Assembly (NCBI GenBank): GCA_964016885.1
Contig: OZ024743.1
Location: 180,234,001 to 180,298,000 of the forward strand
Source: Eledone cirrhosa
Lineage: Eukaryota
Reading direction: 5' to 3'
Length of the DNA stretch: 64,000 bases
The notes under the pieces are model-generated. The model searched no databases and was not told where the DNA came from. It was given only the letters and a program-made list of their open reading frames with translations. A program made the position numbers and the translations under genes. Below, piece after piece: positions 1 to 13,107 of this stretch. Position 1 is the stretch's first letter, and each line of letters begins with the position of its first letter.

Positions 1-51
1 ATATATATTTATATATATATATATATATTTATATATATTTATATATATATT

Positions 52-84
<33 letters not shown>

Positions 85-191
85 ATATATTTATATATAT
101 TTATATATATATTTATATATATATATATTTATATATATATTTATATATATATATATTTATATGTATATTTATATATATATATATATATAAT

Positions 192-222
<31 letters not shown>

Positions 223-264
223 TTATATATATATATATATTTATATATATATTTATATATATAT
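1..264. repeat. Interrupted (TA)n microsatellite; insertion site of the first PLE
   Basis: TATATA with periodic TTTA interruptions, abutting the 5'-truncated RT at ~265. Confidence 0.95.
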
Positions 265-268
265 AAAA

Positions 269-1620
269 ATGGTCGCACAAGCAATAGGGGCTAGTATCAA
301 AACTACCCTAAAGGGCCACATATTTAAGTTCAACGAGAAGATCTACACCCAAAATGAGGGAGCAGCCATTGGCGTCAGCATAGCTGGTGATGTTGCCAAC
401 CTTTTCATGGTATGGTGGGAAAGGAGACTTAAAGATCTCCTTAATGAAAGCTCCATAGACCTCATCATGTACTCTCGTTATGTAGACGATATCAATATAG
501 TTATAAGAACATCACCACTAGAAAGCACTAACAAGTTTTATTTAGAATGTAGCACGATGGAAAGCATCCAGCAGATAGCTAATTCCATACACCAGAGCAT
601 AACTGTAATTATCGACTTCCCTTCCAAACACCCTAACAATAGACTACCTGTATTAGACACAGAACTCTGGATTAACACTATAGACGAGAGAGCCCAAATT
701 CTCCACTCACACTATGCTAAACCGATGACCTCCAAATACCTGATACTCAAAAACTCAGCAATGTCCAGTAGTGCTAAGTTTAATATTCTGATCGCAGATT
801 TGGTACGAGTGATGAAGAATGTGTCCCGCATGTGCGACCCAACAGAAATGGAAAGACACATCCAAAACTTCATCAACCGCATGCAGTTCTCTGGCTACAA
901 CCAAAGAGACAGAGTTAGAATATACGAAGGAGCCATGGAGAAGTATAAGACCCTCATAGAACTGGACATGAAAGGAATGTGCCCATTATACAGGAGCAAA
1001 TCATGGAATAGCTTAGATAGGGCTAGACATAAGATAGGGAAAGCCACCTCATGGTACGACAACCAGAGATACCAGAGTGTCATGTTTGTGGGAAATTAGC
1101 TAACCAGTGTAGAAAGGCCCTGAGAAAGACCCACTTAAAAATTAAGGTGGTAGAAAAGCCAGGAACCACCATAAAATCCCTGATCAGCAAAATCTACCCT
1201 TTTAAGAAAACCCACTGTACCAATAGGAAGTGTATCATATGTAAGGTAAACCCCCGGATAAACTGTAAAACTAGAAACGTAGTCTATAGCATAAGATGTA
1301 CAGAGGGTACTTGCAGAAACATGACAACAACATACATAGGTGAGACAGCTCGTAGCATAGGTGAAAGGATAGACCAACACTGGGGGGAACTAAGAGGACG
1401 AAAAAACGGGTCAGTACTATACGAACATGCTAGACAACAACATGACGGTAATATAGACAACATAGAAATTAGAATAATATCTAAACATAGAAATGACCCA
1501 GCAGATAGTCAAATCAGAGAGGCCAGTGAAATAGAACTTAGAAGGCCAAGACTAAAGAAAAAGAATGAATGGAATAACAACAACACACAAACAAACAACA
1601 CTGACCTAAGAGAAGTATAA
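269..1620 (+). pseudogene. PLE RT + GIY-YIG endonuclease, split by a frameshift
   Basis: ORFs 269-1099 and 1051-1620; a 16-bp deletion at ~1091 relative to copy 2 (ACGCTACCCCTGGAGT) explains the frameshift. Confidence 0.88.
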
Positions 1621-1860
1621 ATAAGTAAATAAAATAAAATAAATAAATAAATAAATACATACATACACAAACACAATAACAACAAGCACATAAACACACA
1701 CTAGTCACCCATCACACAGCAAACAAAACACTATACACACACGCAAACGCATGCGCAAAGAAGAGAAAATAAAATAAACAAACAAACAAATAAATAAATA
1801 AATATATAGACAGACTGAATAAAAATGGCGTAGACATATAATACAACAGGAGGAAACGAT

Positions 1861-1900
1861 AACACCACTGACGATGTTGCAGATGTGCAACGAAAGATTT
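1861..1900 (+). ncRNA. Hammerhead-like motif in Naiad pLTR (stem I/III degenerate)
   Basis: CTGACGA 1868-1874, stem II GTTGCA-gatg-TGCAAC, GAAA 1892-1895; identical core at 31291-31318. Confidence 0.55.
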
Positions 1901-2094
1901 ATGATAAACTATATATATATGTGTTTGTGTCTATATTGCATATGTATTATTTTTGACCGTCGGTCAGTCAATGGCAACATTGAGGACCGAGTAAGTTAGA
2001 TTACCGATATAAAAGACACAGAAGCGAGAACCAACCAAACAGTGAGTGTGTTCTGTTATTAATTCTGGCAATATTACACAAATATGACCCTCCC

Positions 2095-2097
<3 letters not shown>

Positions 2098-2183
<86 letters not shown>
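2098..2183. repeat. (GA)n microsatellite
   Basis: Pure GA run at the 3' end of the PLE. Confidence 0.95.
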
Positions 2184-2185
<2 letters not shown>

Positions 2186-2793
2186 ATTTACTCGAAAATC
2201 AATCTCCCGGTCTTTGAAAATAACACCGAAATCAAAGATCCTGACCTGGAAATGAACAATACTTTCTATTTTGGTTGGGAATAGATACTCTAATTCAACT
2301 TGTTCAATATAGGCTTCACTCGATCTTTATTCAATTGAATTACTTCTTAGACACATAAACTACTTTTGTTTTACTATATCCTTCTCGCATACAAGTCATC
2401 CCGAATAAACTAATAAGAACATAGCGAAGTAAATACCGTGTGATCAAATTAATATTTGGAAAGCTACTCAATATTATATATACGTGTTATTGTTTTGTTT
2501 TAATGGTGTAAAAAATGACAGCTCGATTATCTGTATCTTGTAGCAATCAAAGGTACCTTCACCTCGATCTTCCTATAACTTTTAATATAACTATCTCCCA
2601 ATCATAGTAGGAAATATATACATGATCAAATGAGGAAATATGAACCCAATTTTCTTGCTGTATATTTATTTTAAAGAATAATATTCATGAATTTTATCAT
2701 ATAGAAAAATCATGTTCTCTACTCTATAAATAAAGTGAATCATGCGAATGTAAAGTTAATATCCAGCGATGAACAACCAAAGAAAACAACCCT

Positions 2794-2864
<71 letters not shown>

Positions 2865-3021
2865 TAGATAATTTGTATTCCAATGTTACTAAGTAGTTGC
2901 ATTGGATGGAGTCAACTGACGTCAGAGATTGCTCAACGTATAATAAAGTGTGTTTTAAAATCCGGAGAAAATATGGAGAAAAAAATTTACGAAATGGAAA
3001 TGCGGGTATATAGAATTTATT

Positions 3022-3138
3022 AGGTAACAATTGTTTCTATAGTGTATGAGTTACCTATACCTCGCTATTTGAATAATACACAAATATTATCAAAAACCGA
3101 AAGTACACTGTAAGCCAACACACCATGTCATCAGACCT
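3022..3138 (-). ncRNA. Type I hammerhead ribozyme (inverted copy of 6078-6194)
   Basis: Reverse complement of the 6078-6194 motif. Confidence 0.8.
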
Positions 3139-3747
3139 TTGTATTAGAATGATATGAAAGTATTTTATACACTAGATAAAAGATAAAGAAGGAGGTAGGA
3201 AGAGAAGGGGAAGAGGGAAGTGAGTAAGGTGGAGGGAATCTTAGGGTTTAAGACTGTCAGACTAGTAGAGATTGTGAAGAGAGAATGTTTTGGCAGCAGT
3301 TAGCTTAATGAGGCGTGCTAAGGTTGGCTGGGAAGTAGATACTTCTAGTGGTGTTGTTCGGACAAAATTTAGTTAGAGGGGTCAAAGTGGTACAATGTCA
3401 CAGACAAGTTATTAGGGCTATTATAGTAGCAGGTTATTTCTAAAGGGGTCCAGAAAAACAGTGTTTAGTACTATTATTATAGAAAGCCATATCTAGTGTA
3501 TAAACATATAAAACAGAAATTTGCAAACCGTGGTGTAAAAAGGTAACATTATATGCATTTAAAAAAAGAAAAAGTCGTTTTCAAACGATGGTTACAGTAT
3601 AGAGAACGTTCAATTTTGCTGTTCAAAAGTTTGTTTACCGACGTTAAAATGCAGTATATCTCTAAATTGCATAACTTGCAGAATCGATGATTTTGCTGAT
3701 ATGCAGGCGCAGCTGCAATAATTTGCCAATCAAGGGAGAACGCTTGA

Positions 3748-5667
3748 TTGTTCCTCCGAAGCTGCCAGGCTTTATCGGCGAGGGTTGTTACGGAGCGCAT
3801 TTTCTCGTGCCTGATCGAAGACCGATGTTGGTATATATTAACCAACATTAATAACGAAGCATGTGATATTGTTAGGAAACTGAAAATTGACGACAGAACG
3901 GTACCCCTATCCCCAGCTACACCGACTTTTAATCTGAAGGACCATAAGGATAACTTCGATACCAACCCTAAAATTAGATTAATATGTCCTTCAAAGTCCG
4001 ATATAGGTAAGATTAGTAAGTACATATTAGATCGTATTATCCCCCAAGTTAAGGCTAAGGTAGATATTAAATTATGGGGTAATACTCATCAGGCAATAAG
4101 ATGGTTCAATAGCATTAGGGACAAAAACAAATCTTCTTTTATTCAATTCGATATAGATGAATACTATTCCTCTATTTCACCCGAAACCTTGCATAAGGCC
4201 CTCTCTTTCGCTAAGACTAACTCGGACCTCACAAACGAGGAAATTAATATTATACTTGAAGCTAGACGCACAGTAGTGCACTTTGAAAATAGTTATTGGG
4301 TCCGCAGGGATAGACCCTCGGAATTCGACATTACGATGGGTTCTAATGATTCGGCGGAGGTCACGGATTTGGTTGGGATCTATATAGCCCATAGACTCCA
4401 GAGCGAATTTACGGACCTCCACGGCGGAATATACCGCGACGATACACTTATATTAGTCAAGAATATGAACAAACAAAACCTAGAAAGGCGACGTAAAAAC
4501 ATTAGGAAACTTTTCTTAGAACTAGGGCTTAATATTACCTTTGAACACAATCTTAAGGTGGTCAACTTCTTGGATGTTACCTTCAACCTTAATAACGGTA
4601 ATATAGAGCCATTTCACAAACTTAATGAAAATCTTAAGTACGTTAATGTAAAATCGAACCATCCTCATTCCATTATTAAATCTATCCCTAAAAATATATC
4701 CATAAGGATCTCCCGACTGTCGTCTAATTTGCAGACCTTCAACGAGCATGCTGAATATTATAATGACGCACTTAGAAAAGCTGGTTACTGCGAGAAAATT
4801 GAATATCTAGACGATAACCACATAAGTACTATGAATAAAACACATCTAAGTCGAACTAGTATTGCACCACACACACACATCAATAGGCACACTAACAGGT
4901 GCAAACCAGCAAATAGAGTCAGACATAGAGAGTACATATGGTATAACCCCGTGTACAATTCTTCTATTAGCACTAAGATTATCTCACAATTCTATACACT
5001 AATCAATAAACACTTTACAACTTCACATAAATACTATAAAATCTTTAACTCGCGCACCATTAGACTCTCATACTCCACTACACCTAACATAGAACAACTA
5101 ATTAGAAAACTCAACTCAGCAATACTGAATAAGTACATCCCTAATGACTCAGCGCACCAGCATAGCAACATGCAACGCACTAACACGCAACCACAACCCC
5201 ACCAAACTATCCAGGATTCTACTGCAAAACATAAAAATAGTTGTAACTGCACCAAACCAGGTACGTGTCCACTGAATAACCAGTGCCTAGCACGCAATAT
5301 TGTCTACCGGTGTACAATAAATTCCGGGACCAACAAATGGTATTACGTCGGATGTACCGCAACTTCTTTCAAGGCTCGCCTATACCAACATCGATCTTCG
5401 ATCAGGCACGAGAAAATGCGCTCCGTAACAACCCTCGCCGATAAAGCCTGGCAGCTTCGGAGGAACAATCAAGCGTTCTCCCTTGATTGGCAAATTATTG
5501 CAGCTGCGCCTGCATATCAGCAAAATCATCGATTCTGCAAGTTATGCAATTTAGAGATATACTGCATTTTAACGTCGGTAAACAAACTTTTGAACAGCAA
5601 AATTGAACGTTCTCTATACTGTAACCATCGTTTGAAAACGACTTTTTCTTTTTTTAAATGCATATAA
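3748..5667 (+). CDS. PLE reverse transcriptase + GIY-YIG endonuclease; native coding starts ~3836, the first ~29 codons come from the inverted arm
   Basis: CPSKSDIGKISK, FDIDEYYSSI, FDITMGSNDSAEVTDLVG, GIYRDD, VNFLDVTF, KSNHP, IWYNP, CNC..CPL..C, IVYRC..YVGCT, CKLC. Confidence 0.9.
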   Translation: MFLRSCQALSARVVTERIFSCLIEDRCWYILTNINNEACDIVRKLKIDDRTVPLSPATPTFNLKDHKDNFDTNPKIRLICPSKSDIGKISKYILDRIIPQVKAKVDIKLWGNTHQAIRWFNSIRDKNKSSFIQFDIDEYYSSISPETLHKALSFAKTNSDLTNEEINIILEARRTVVHFENSYWVRRDRPSEFDITMGSNDSAEVTDLVGIYIAHRLQSEFTDLHGGIYRDDTLILVKNMNKQNLERRRKNIRKLFLELGLNITFEHNLKVVNFLDVTFNLNNGNIEPFHKLNENLKYVNVKSNHPHSIIKSIPKNISIRISRLSSNLQTFNEHAEYYNDALRKAGYCEKIEYLDDNHISTMNKTHLSRTSIAPHTHINRHTNRCKPANRVRHREYIWYNPVYNSSISTKIISQFYTLINKHFTTSHKYYKIFNSRTIRLSYSTTPNIEQLIRKLNSAILNKYIPNDSAHQHSNMQRTNTQPQPHQTIQDSTAKHKNSCNCTKPGTCPLNNQCLARNIVYRCTINSGTNKWYYVGCTATSFKARLYQHRSSIRHEKMRSVTTLADKAWQLRRNNQAFSLDWQIIAAAPAYQQNHRFCKLCNLEIYCILTSVNKLLNSKIERSLYCNHRLKTTFSFFKCI

Positions 5668-6077
5668 TGTTACCTTTTTACACCACGGTTTGCAAATTTC
5701 TGTTTTATATGTTTATACACTAGATATGGCTTTCTATAATAATAGTACTAAACACTGTTTTTCTGGACCCCTTTAGAAATAACCTGCTACTATAATAGCC
5801 CTAATAACTTGTCTGTGACATTGTACCACTTTGACCCCTCTAACTAAATTTTGTCCGAACAACACCACTAGAAGTATCTACTTCCCAGCCAACCTTAGCA
5901 CGCCTCATTAAGCTAACTGCTGCCAAAACATTCTCTCTTCACAATCTCTACTAGTCTGACAGTCTTAAACCCTAAGATTCCCTCCACCTTACTCACTTCC
6001 CTCTTCCCCTTCTCTTCCTACCTCCTTCTTTATCTTTTATCTAGTGTATAAAATACTTTCATATCATTCTAATACAA

Positions 6078-6194
6078 AGGTCTGATGACATGGTGTGTTG
6101 GCTTACAGTGTACTTTCGGTTTTTGATAATATTTGTGTATTATTCAAATAGCGAGGTATAGGTAACTCATACACTATAGAAACAATTGTTACCT
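6078..6194 (+). ncRNA. Type I hammerhead ribozyme with 90-nt stem II region
   Basis: AGGT-CTGATGA-c-ATGGTGTG...TACACTAT-a-GAAA-CAATTG-TT-ACCT; palindromic stem III ACAATTGT; GUU triplet. Confidence 0.8.
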
Positions 6195-6244
6195 AATAAA
6201 TTCTATATACCCGCATTTCCATTTCGTAAATTTTTTTCTCCATA

Positions 6245-6445
<201 letters not shown>

Positions 6446-6449
6446 ATGA

Positions 6450-6865
6450 CAGCAAATTCTACTAAGAGTACTGCAATCGCTTGTCAGATTATAGAGTTTT
6501 GTGCACTTTTAGGCTACAGCCAGTCACAGGAACCTGTAATAGATCCTGAACAAGTAATGCCTGTGCTTTGAAGGTTGTTTAAGTGGGGAAAGGCCTTGGA
6601 CTCGACCAATCCCACTCTCTGAGCATCGAAAACACTACCCGAAAAGAGGACTGGTCAACATAACCGTAGCCGCAGGTTGTTTTTCAGATTTTCCCTCCCA
6701 GATTTAAAAAAAGTACTATTTGGATGGCCGTTGACTCTGTTGAGTTCCTCCGCCCTTTGCCGGGTCTTGTATTTCATCCCGCAGGGTGTCCAAATATCAC
6801 CCTCCTCACCAAGCGAGCTTGGTGGGGTTGCCAGTTTAGTCACCGACGACCCGACTATCTCCTAG
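6450..6865 (-). mobile_element. GC-rich structured segment, probably the 5' UTR of a non-LTR retrotransposon
   Basis: Multi-hairpin fold at 6759-6855 and GC content well above background; retrotransposon identity is recalled resemblance only. Confidence 0.35.
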
Positions 6866-7830
6866 ACAAACATTTTCCCCCGTAATCATAGATATAATAA
6901 GATATTTAATAGAAATGTAGTCAAAATCAGTTACTCTTGCTGTCCATCAATGGAGACTAAAATTACCAACTCTAATTGTACGAGAGTAAATCCAGGATGC
7001 AGTTGCATGAAGCCGGAAGAATGCCCATTACAGTGTAAATGTAATACCAAATCCATTGTGTATGAGGCCAAATTGACACTGATTATTAATAACCAGCCAG
7101 CCAGGAGTGAACAATATGTTGGCATGACAGAGGGCAGATTCAAAACCAGGTATTATGCACATGTCGCTTCTTTCAAACAACCTGAAAAAAGAACAGTAAC
7201 GGTGCTTGCAAATAAAGTGTGGGAATTCAATGACAAAAACATTCCGTACACTATTGATTGGTCTATTTTAGACCATTCAAGAGAATATCAAATGTTCTTT
7301 GTGCACCACGGAAAATTTTAGAATTCTCCAAAACTTGAAAGCCCCTTCCACTTGCCTCAACTCCAAGACCGAGATCTTCAGATGTTGTCCACATCTGAAA
7401 TCGCATCTGCTTTTTAAGTGGATTACCATTCCTACGATGACTCAACCACCTTGAGCTTCTACTTTACTCATCACGCCTTCCACTCACCACGAATATTATT
7501 ACCTTATGAACTCATACTTCTTACCCATATATACTTTTTCTCCCTCATCTGCTTCTATATCTCTTTATATTTATTATTCTTTTCCCATTATTTATCATTT
7601 TTTTTCAGTTGACTTATAATCCCCCCACCCCTACTTTCTACCTTACCCTTTACACATAAACACTCACCACCTTTATCCTTTACTCAGTTCACTTTTTAAT
7701 CAGATACTCTTATCTAGATCTAATCGAAATCCTTTTACAACACTTTTTTCCCTTACCTATTCTTAATAATTGTGTTTATTATTTCAATTTTACTCCTCTT
7801 TTGTCCTTACTTACCCACTAGGTGTTTATG
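6866..7830 (+). mobile_element. Hydra-like PLE 3' fragment (GIY-YIG + 3' UTR)
   Basis: GCSCMKPEECPLQCKC, IVYEAK..YVGMT; diverged inverted homologue of 9900-10530. Confidence 0.85.
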
Positions 7831-8209
7831 TTCTCACATAGGGCTGTGTGCGGGCGCATTTGCAGAGAGGCTCATGTGTAAATACACATACATATATACA
7901 CACATATGTATATATACATATACACATACACATATATATACATATATATACATATATATACATACACAAAATAAAAATAAAGGGAAGGAAGGGGTATTCA
8001 AATAGTAGAGCATACGACAAATAAAAAATAAAGGTATACATGTTTATAGCTGATTAAGAGCACTCAACAGTTCCTGGAGCAAATAATCAATAAAAGTAAG
8101 CATTAAAAAACTCTGTATGTAATTGTACATATACATACAAAACCATACATACACACACAACCAACTACATACAAATATATATACATATACATATATATAT
8201 ACATATACG

Positions 8210-8262
<53 letters not shown>

Positions 8263-8303
8263 GCACATATATATATATATATATATACGCACATATATAT
8301 ACG

Positions 8304-8338
<35 letters not shown>

Positions 8339-9145
8339 GCACATTATATATATATATATACGCACATTACTGTGTTTTTGCATTTATTCACTATTGTTTC
8401 TTTTCTTTTGTGTACTTTTTGTCTGTTTTTCTTTGACTCTGTTCCATGTGATGGAAAGTATGACCGTGTAACGGATTGACTAATGCCTTGAACCATGTGG
8501 TTTGCCCTCCGTTATAAGGTCCGGCACTGCCGTTCAATATCTGTAACACTAGAATCCCTCCCAGAACATATTACTTAAACATCTCTCTCCATATTATTTA
8601 CTCACTTCAATGTATATCTTTACTTAATCCGAATTATCACTTGAAACATTTTTTGAATTTAGAATTTTTGAATTCTTTATTGCTTAATTTATAATCTCTG
8701 ATATTTGATTTAGGATTTTAACCTTAATTTTTATTTTTATTCCCAGCTCTCACTCTTAACTTACTATGTAAAACCATAGTACCTAGAATTAAGTTTATTT
8801 TACCTTATGAGTTGATGGTCAGTCTTACTGTCAACGCTTAGTGAAAGGTAGTAATATGACCTATAAAAACTAACACCCTCCCATCCCCTCTGGCTTTCGG
8901 CTGACTGCCACAGTAGCGATGGTAGCAGTAAGCTTTGGCAAGGCATAGGTGGGCCACTGACAGCGAATTTCGTTGAAATCTGCGGTGCTAATGGTCAACT
9001 TCCTTCGGTCATGCGCTTGCGCAGACCGGTGGGGGTGAATTGGTACTCACAAGGGAACGGATGAAAAACCCAAAAGCACGAACTTCATCCGTTCCCATGT
9101 CGATTCAATTTGGATTGCCTCGGAAACAACCTTATTATGTAACAA

Positions 9146-9219
9146 GCTGTCTGATGATGTCACGACACTCGCACACAGAACAGTGTGGCCAGTGTCGTCA
9201 TTGAAATATATATCACAGC
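9146..9219 (+). ncRNA. Type I hammerhead ribozyme
   Basis: GCTGT-CTGATGA-..ACGACACT..AGTGTCGT..-GAAA-TATATA-TC-ACAGC; perfect 5-bp stem I; AUC triplet. Confidence 0.85.
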
Positions 9220-9342
9220 ATTATTATTAAAGGACTTGAACATCTGAAACTACTTCGCTTTTACTTATTCGATATTTACTCCGTCACTCCTATGTGGAAA
9301 AAGTACGTTGAGTGCTTGAATTGAATTGCATCAATATTTACC

Positions 9343-9404
<62 letters not shown>

Positions 9405-9479
9405 TATATATATGTGTGTATATATATATACACACACACTAATACACACACACACACATAATTACAGAGGGTTACAACA

Positions 9480-9513
9480 CCACATAAATAAAAATACACA
9501 CACACATATATAA

Positions 9514-9558
<45 letters not shown>

Positions 9559-9600
9559 CATACACATACACATATATATAAAAAATGTATACATACATAT

Positions 9601-9643
<43 letters not shown>

Positions 9644-12281
9644 CACTTAATTACACATATACACGACAACATACATACACGTAAAATTAATATCTAAAAA
9701 TCAAAAGGGGGTGGGTATGTAAAGGGTAAGGTAGAGAGTAGGTGGGAATAAGGAAAATAAATAACATAAGAAAAAGTTAAAAAATAAGAGGAGATAAGGG
9801 AGAAAGAGAAAATAAGGGTACAGAAAGTGAGTTCAGTGAGTAATAAAAGTCGTAGTAGATGTAAGGAGTAAAGAGCAAAGAAGAAGTTCAAGGTGGTTAA
9901 GACATCGTAGCAAAGAAGAAGTTCAAGGTGGTTGAGTCATCGTAAGTATGTCAATCCAGTTACAGAGCAGATGTGATTTCAGGTGAGGACAACATCTGAA
10001 GATCTCGGTCTTGGAGTTAAGGCAAATTGAAGTGGCTTTCAAATTCTGTAGAATTCTAAATTTTTCAGTGGTACACAAAGAACAATTCTGTGTGCCCTTT
10101 TGGTATTCCCTCGAATGGTCTAAAATAAACCAATCGATAGAGTACGGGATGTTATTATCTTTGAATTCCCACACCTTATTAGCGAGGGCCGTTGCTGTTC
10201 TTTTATCAGAGTGTTTAAAAAAAGCGACATGTGCATAAAACCTGGTTTTGAACCTGTCTTGAGTCATACCAACATATCGTTCACTCCTGGCTGGCTGGTT
10301 GTTCATCAAAGATGTTACTTTGGCCTCATATACAACGGATTTGGTGTTACATTTGCCCTGTAATGGGCATTCGTCCGGCTCTCTGCAACTGCATCCTGGA
10401 TTTATTCTCGTACGATTAGAGTTGGTGATTTTAAACTTAATAGATGGGCAGCAAGATTAACTAATTTTCACTACATTTCTATTAAATATCTTATAATATC
10501 TATGATTAGGGGGAAAATCCTTATCTAGGAGGTCAAGGAATTTCCTTCCTACATTAGTTTTGACAGTTAGAGAGAAGGGGGGTGTAAACCAAATAATTTT
10601 CCTTTTCCTATTATTGTGATTAGTTTTAGGGGGAGGGGTAGGTAAATATGTAATCTGTCCTGTAAAGGCGTTGTTAATGAGGGCTTTATTATAATAAGGG
10701 GCAGCTTTATTAAAAATGTCTAGAGAAGAGGATAAAATAGAAATCCTACGACTAATATTGTGAATAAGATTTTTAAAAACTATAGGGGGATGGCAAGACT
10801 CTTTGTTTATATATGTTAGATTCTGGTTAGGTTTATGATAAGGTTTAAAAGAGGCAGTAAGTAGATCAAGATTAATGTCAAGAAAGTTAGCATTGGTAAG
10901 GTCCGTATCTATAGTAATTTTAAGGTTAAGATTAGCAAAAGTATTGATTAAATCTTTACGGAATTTATCAAGGTTATGGCCGTTGGTGGTATGAGAAACT
11001 GCCGTGTCGTCACGGTATAAACCGATATTATGGGAAGGAAATTTCTCTTTGAGGGTGTGGAGAAGGAATAATCCTACTAAGTCACACACATCCGCACCGT
11101 CATATGAACCCATTGCAACATTGAAAGGTTTTCAGGGCTTGACTTTTTAACCCAAATACTTTCATTAGTAAAGAGTAGAGTTTTCCTAGCATGAAAAATA
11201 ATGTCTTCTTCTAATTTAGAAATATTAATGAAAGGTCTTGCAAAATCTAAGGCTTTATTTAATAAGGAAACAGTAATAGAGGGGTAAAAATCAACAATAT
11301 CGAATTCTACACTTATTTTTACCTTGTACATTATTAAACCAAGAAATTTCAGAGGATGTATTTAACCATTGTGATAAGTCAGTCATAGTTCTAATTTGGA
11401 AAATTATTTTTCTTAAGATTATTTTTACTTGCAAGGCCAACTTCGGATTTAGTCGGGTTAATCACTTTACAACTAGGTCGATTAGTAAAATCTAATTTAT
11501 GGTCTTTAAGGGTAATATAAGATTTACGTTTAGCTAGGCTTTCAATCCGGTTGACTATTTTTAAAAAAACTAGCTAGTTCTTTAGCTTCATTATTAATAG
11601 TATTGTAGGTGTTATTATTAGTTAATTGATATTTTTAGGTGATACTATTGGTTAAAAGTTGGTTATACAAAATACTATTAACTTCAAAGAGATTTTTAGT
11701 TTTATCGGAAAGAACAAAGGTGTTTGTAGAATTTTTAAAATAAGAGATATCGTTAGAAAGTTTAGTCTGAAAATTATTGTTGTACTTACGAAATTTGATA
11801 TCACTAATTAAATTAACAAGGTCTAATTCGAAGTTGGCCATGTCTTTAATTTTAGATGGGTATTTACAGGATTTTATGTCAAAACAATCATTTGTATCAG
11901 CACTGAATAGTCCATCGTAAACCATTTCCTTCCATCTCATTCTTTTAACGACTTGTTCGATTTTATTTATAAGCCGTTTGGTATAAGTTGTGGTGGAAGG
12001 AGTAGGTATATTTTTGATTAAATGATCCAAATCATAAAGGTCCATGGTGTATGTTGGTTAAATTCCTGAAAACTGTAGAGTGCTCAACTTATCGGACTGG
12101 AAGGTGCCAATCATATATGTAATATAGAATATACTTCAATCAATCCCGGTTGGAGTTGTATAAATGAAGTAATTCCGTCGGAAAGGTCCAGGAAAAAAGA
12201 GTGCTCTATGTAAGTTACAGAGCTTATTAGTCATGTAATAAACAACATAAGATAATTATTTCATTTACCAGTGGTTTCTTG

Positions 12282-12285
<4 letters not shown>
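9480..12285 (-). mobile_element. Near full-length Hydra-like PLE with partial 5' pLTR
   Basis: Complete RT-EN coding order on the minus strand; 12172-12285 matches the inverted pLTR at 12770-12893. Confidence 0.9.
9923..12045 (-). pseudogene. Frameshifted full-length PLE ORF (RT + GIY-YIG)
   Basis: ORFs 11635-12045 (IKNIPTP..RMRWK..SDKTKN), 11077-11331 (FDIVDFYPSI), 10457-11113 (MGSYDGA, GLYRDD, RKIIWFTPPF), 9923-10309 (YVGMT, CSLC, CPH). Confidence 0.9.
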
Positions 12286-12322
<37 letters not shown>

Positions 12323-12737
12323 ATATATATATTTATGTATGTGCACACCTCGTGTTTTTGTTTATTTTTAAATTGTTTTTATTTTTCCCTCCTCCTCTCA
12401 CTTATCGTTGTCAACACGCATCCTTTATTTTTGACTTTGTATTTTTTGTTCTTATTCATTTATTTATTTAGTCTTATTACTTCATGTATATGTATGTGTA
12501 TGTATTTTGTCCATGTCTGTAGACGCATATACGCTTATGTGATAAAGTATACGTCTACGTACTTTTTAAGTATATGCGCATGGTTGAGTGTGTTTATGTT
12601 TATATATGTATTGCTTATATATATATATGTATTCTTTTTTTCTCCTCCTCTTCTTCGCCCGTTTTTTCCTCAGCCTCACTTTCATATTTCTTATATTTTG
12701 TTTTCAAATCCATATTTAATAAAAACACCTTGTTTTC

Positions 12738-12795
12738 TTCATTCTGACGACTGAAAACAGATATATCTGCTTTCAAGAAACCACTGGTAAATAAA
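12738..12795 (+). ncRNA. Type I hammerhead ribozyme in the inverted pLTR (12330-12895)
   Basis: TTCATT-CTGACGA-c-TGAAA.CAGA-tata-TCTG.TTTCA-a-GAAA-CCACTGG-TA-AAT(A)AA; the partner arm at 12260-12284 reads AATGAA, giving a perfect stem I; GUA triplet. Confidence 0.85.
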
Positions 12796-12909
12796 ATAAT
12801 TATCTTATGTTGTTTTTTACGTAACTAATAAGATCTGTAGCCTATATAGAGCACTCTTTTTTCCTCTACCTTTCCGACGGAAATACTTCATTTACAAACA
12901 CACATATGC

Positions 12910-12958
<49 letters not shown>

Positions 12959-12964
12959 GCACGC

Positions 12965-12995
<31 letters not shown>

Positions 12996-12996
12996 T

Positions 12997-13107
12997 TTGT
13001 TTTGCGAGGGTTTTGATAGGAAATCGTGTGTCGAAACAAATATTGTTATATTTGGGGAGGGTCATATTGTGTAATACTATTGCCAGAAATAATAACAGAA
13101 CACACAC
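12997..13107 (-). mobile_element. Solo 3' tail of the Naiad-like PLE
   Basis: Matches 27957-28060 and the reverse complement of 2047-2097 and 31465-31530. Confidence 0.85.

Larger units (their letters stand above)
265..2097 (+). mobile_element. Penelope-like retroelement, Naiad-like, 5'-truncated copy 1
   Basis: RT motifs GAAIGVSIAGDVANLFM, YSRYVDD, LPVLD, HYAKPM, RMQFSGY; Cys linker CTNRKCIIC; GIY-YIG VVYSIRC..YIGETARS; closely similar to 29700-31516; bounded by (TA)n and (GA)n. Confidence 0.9.

Noticed and set aside
3549-4025. Independent minus-strand gene
   Set aside because: Inverted copy of the endonuclease C-terminus fused to antisense RT sequence
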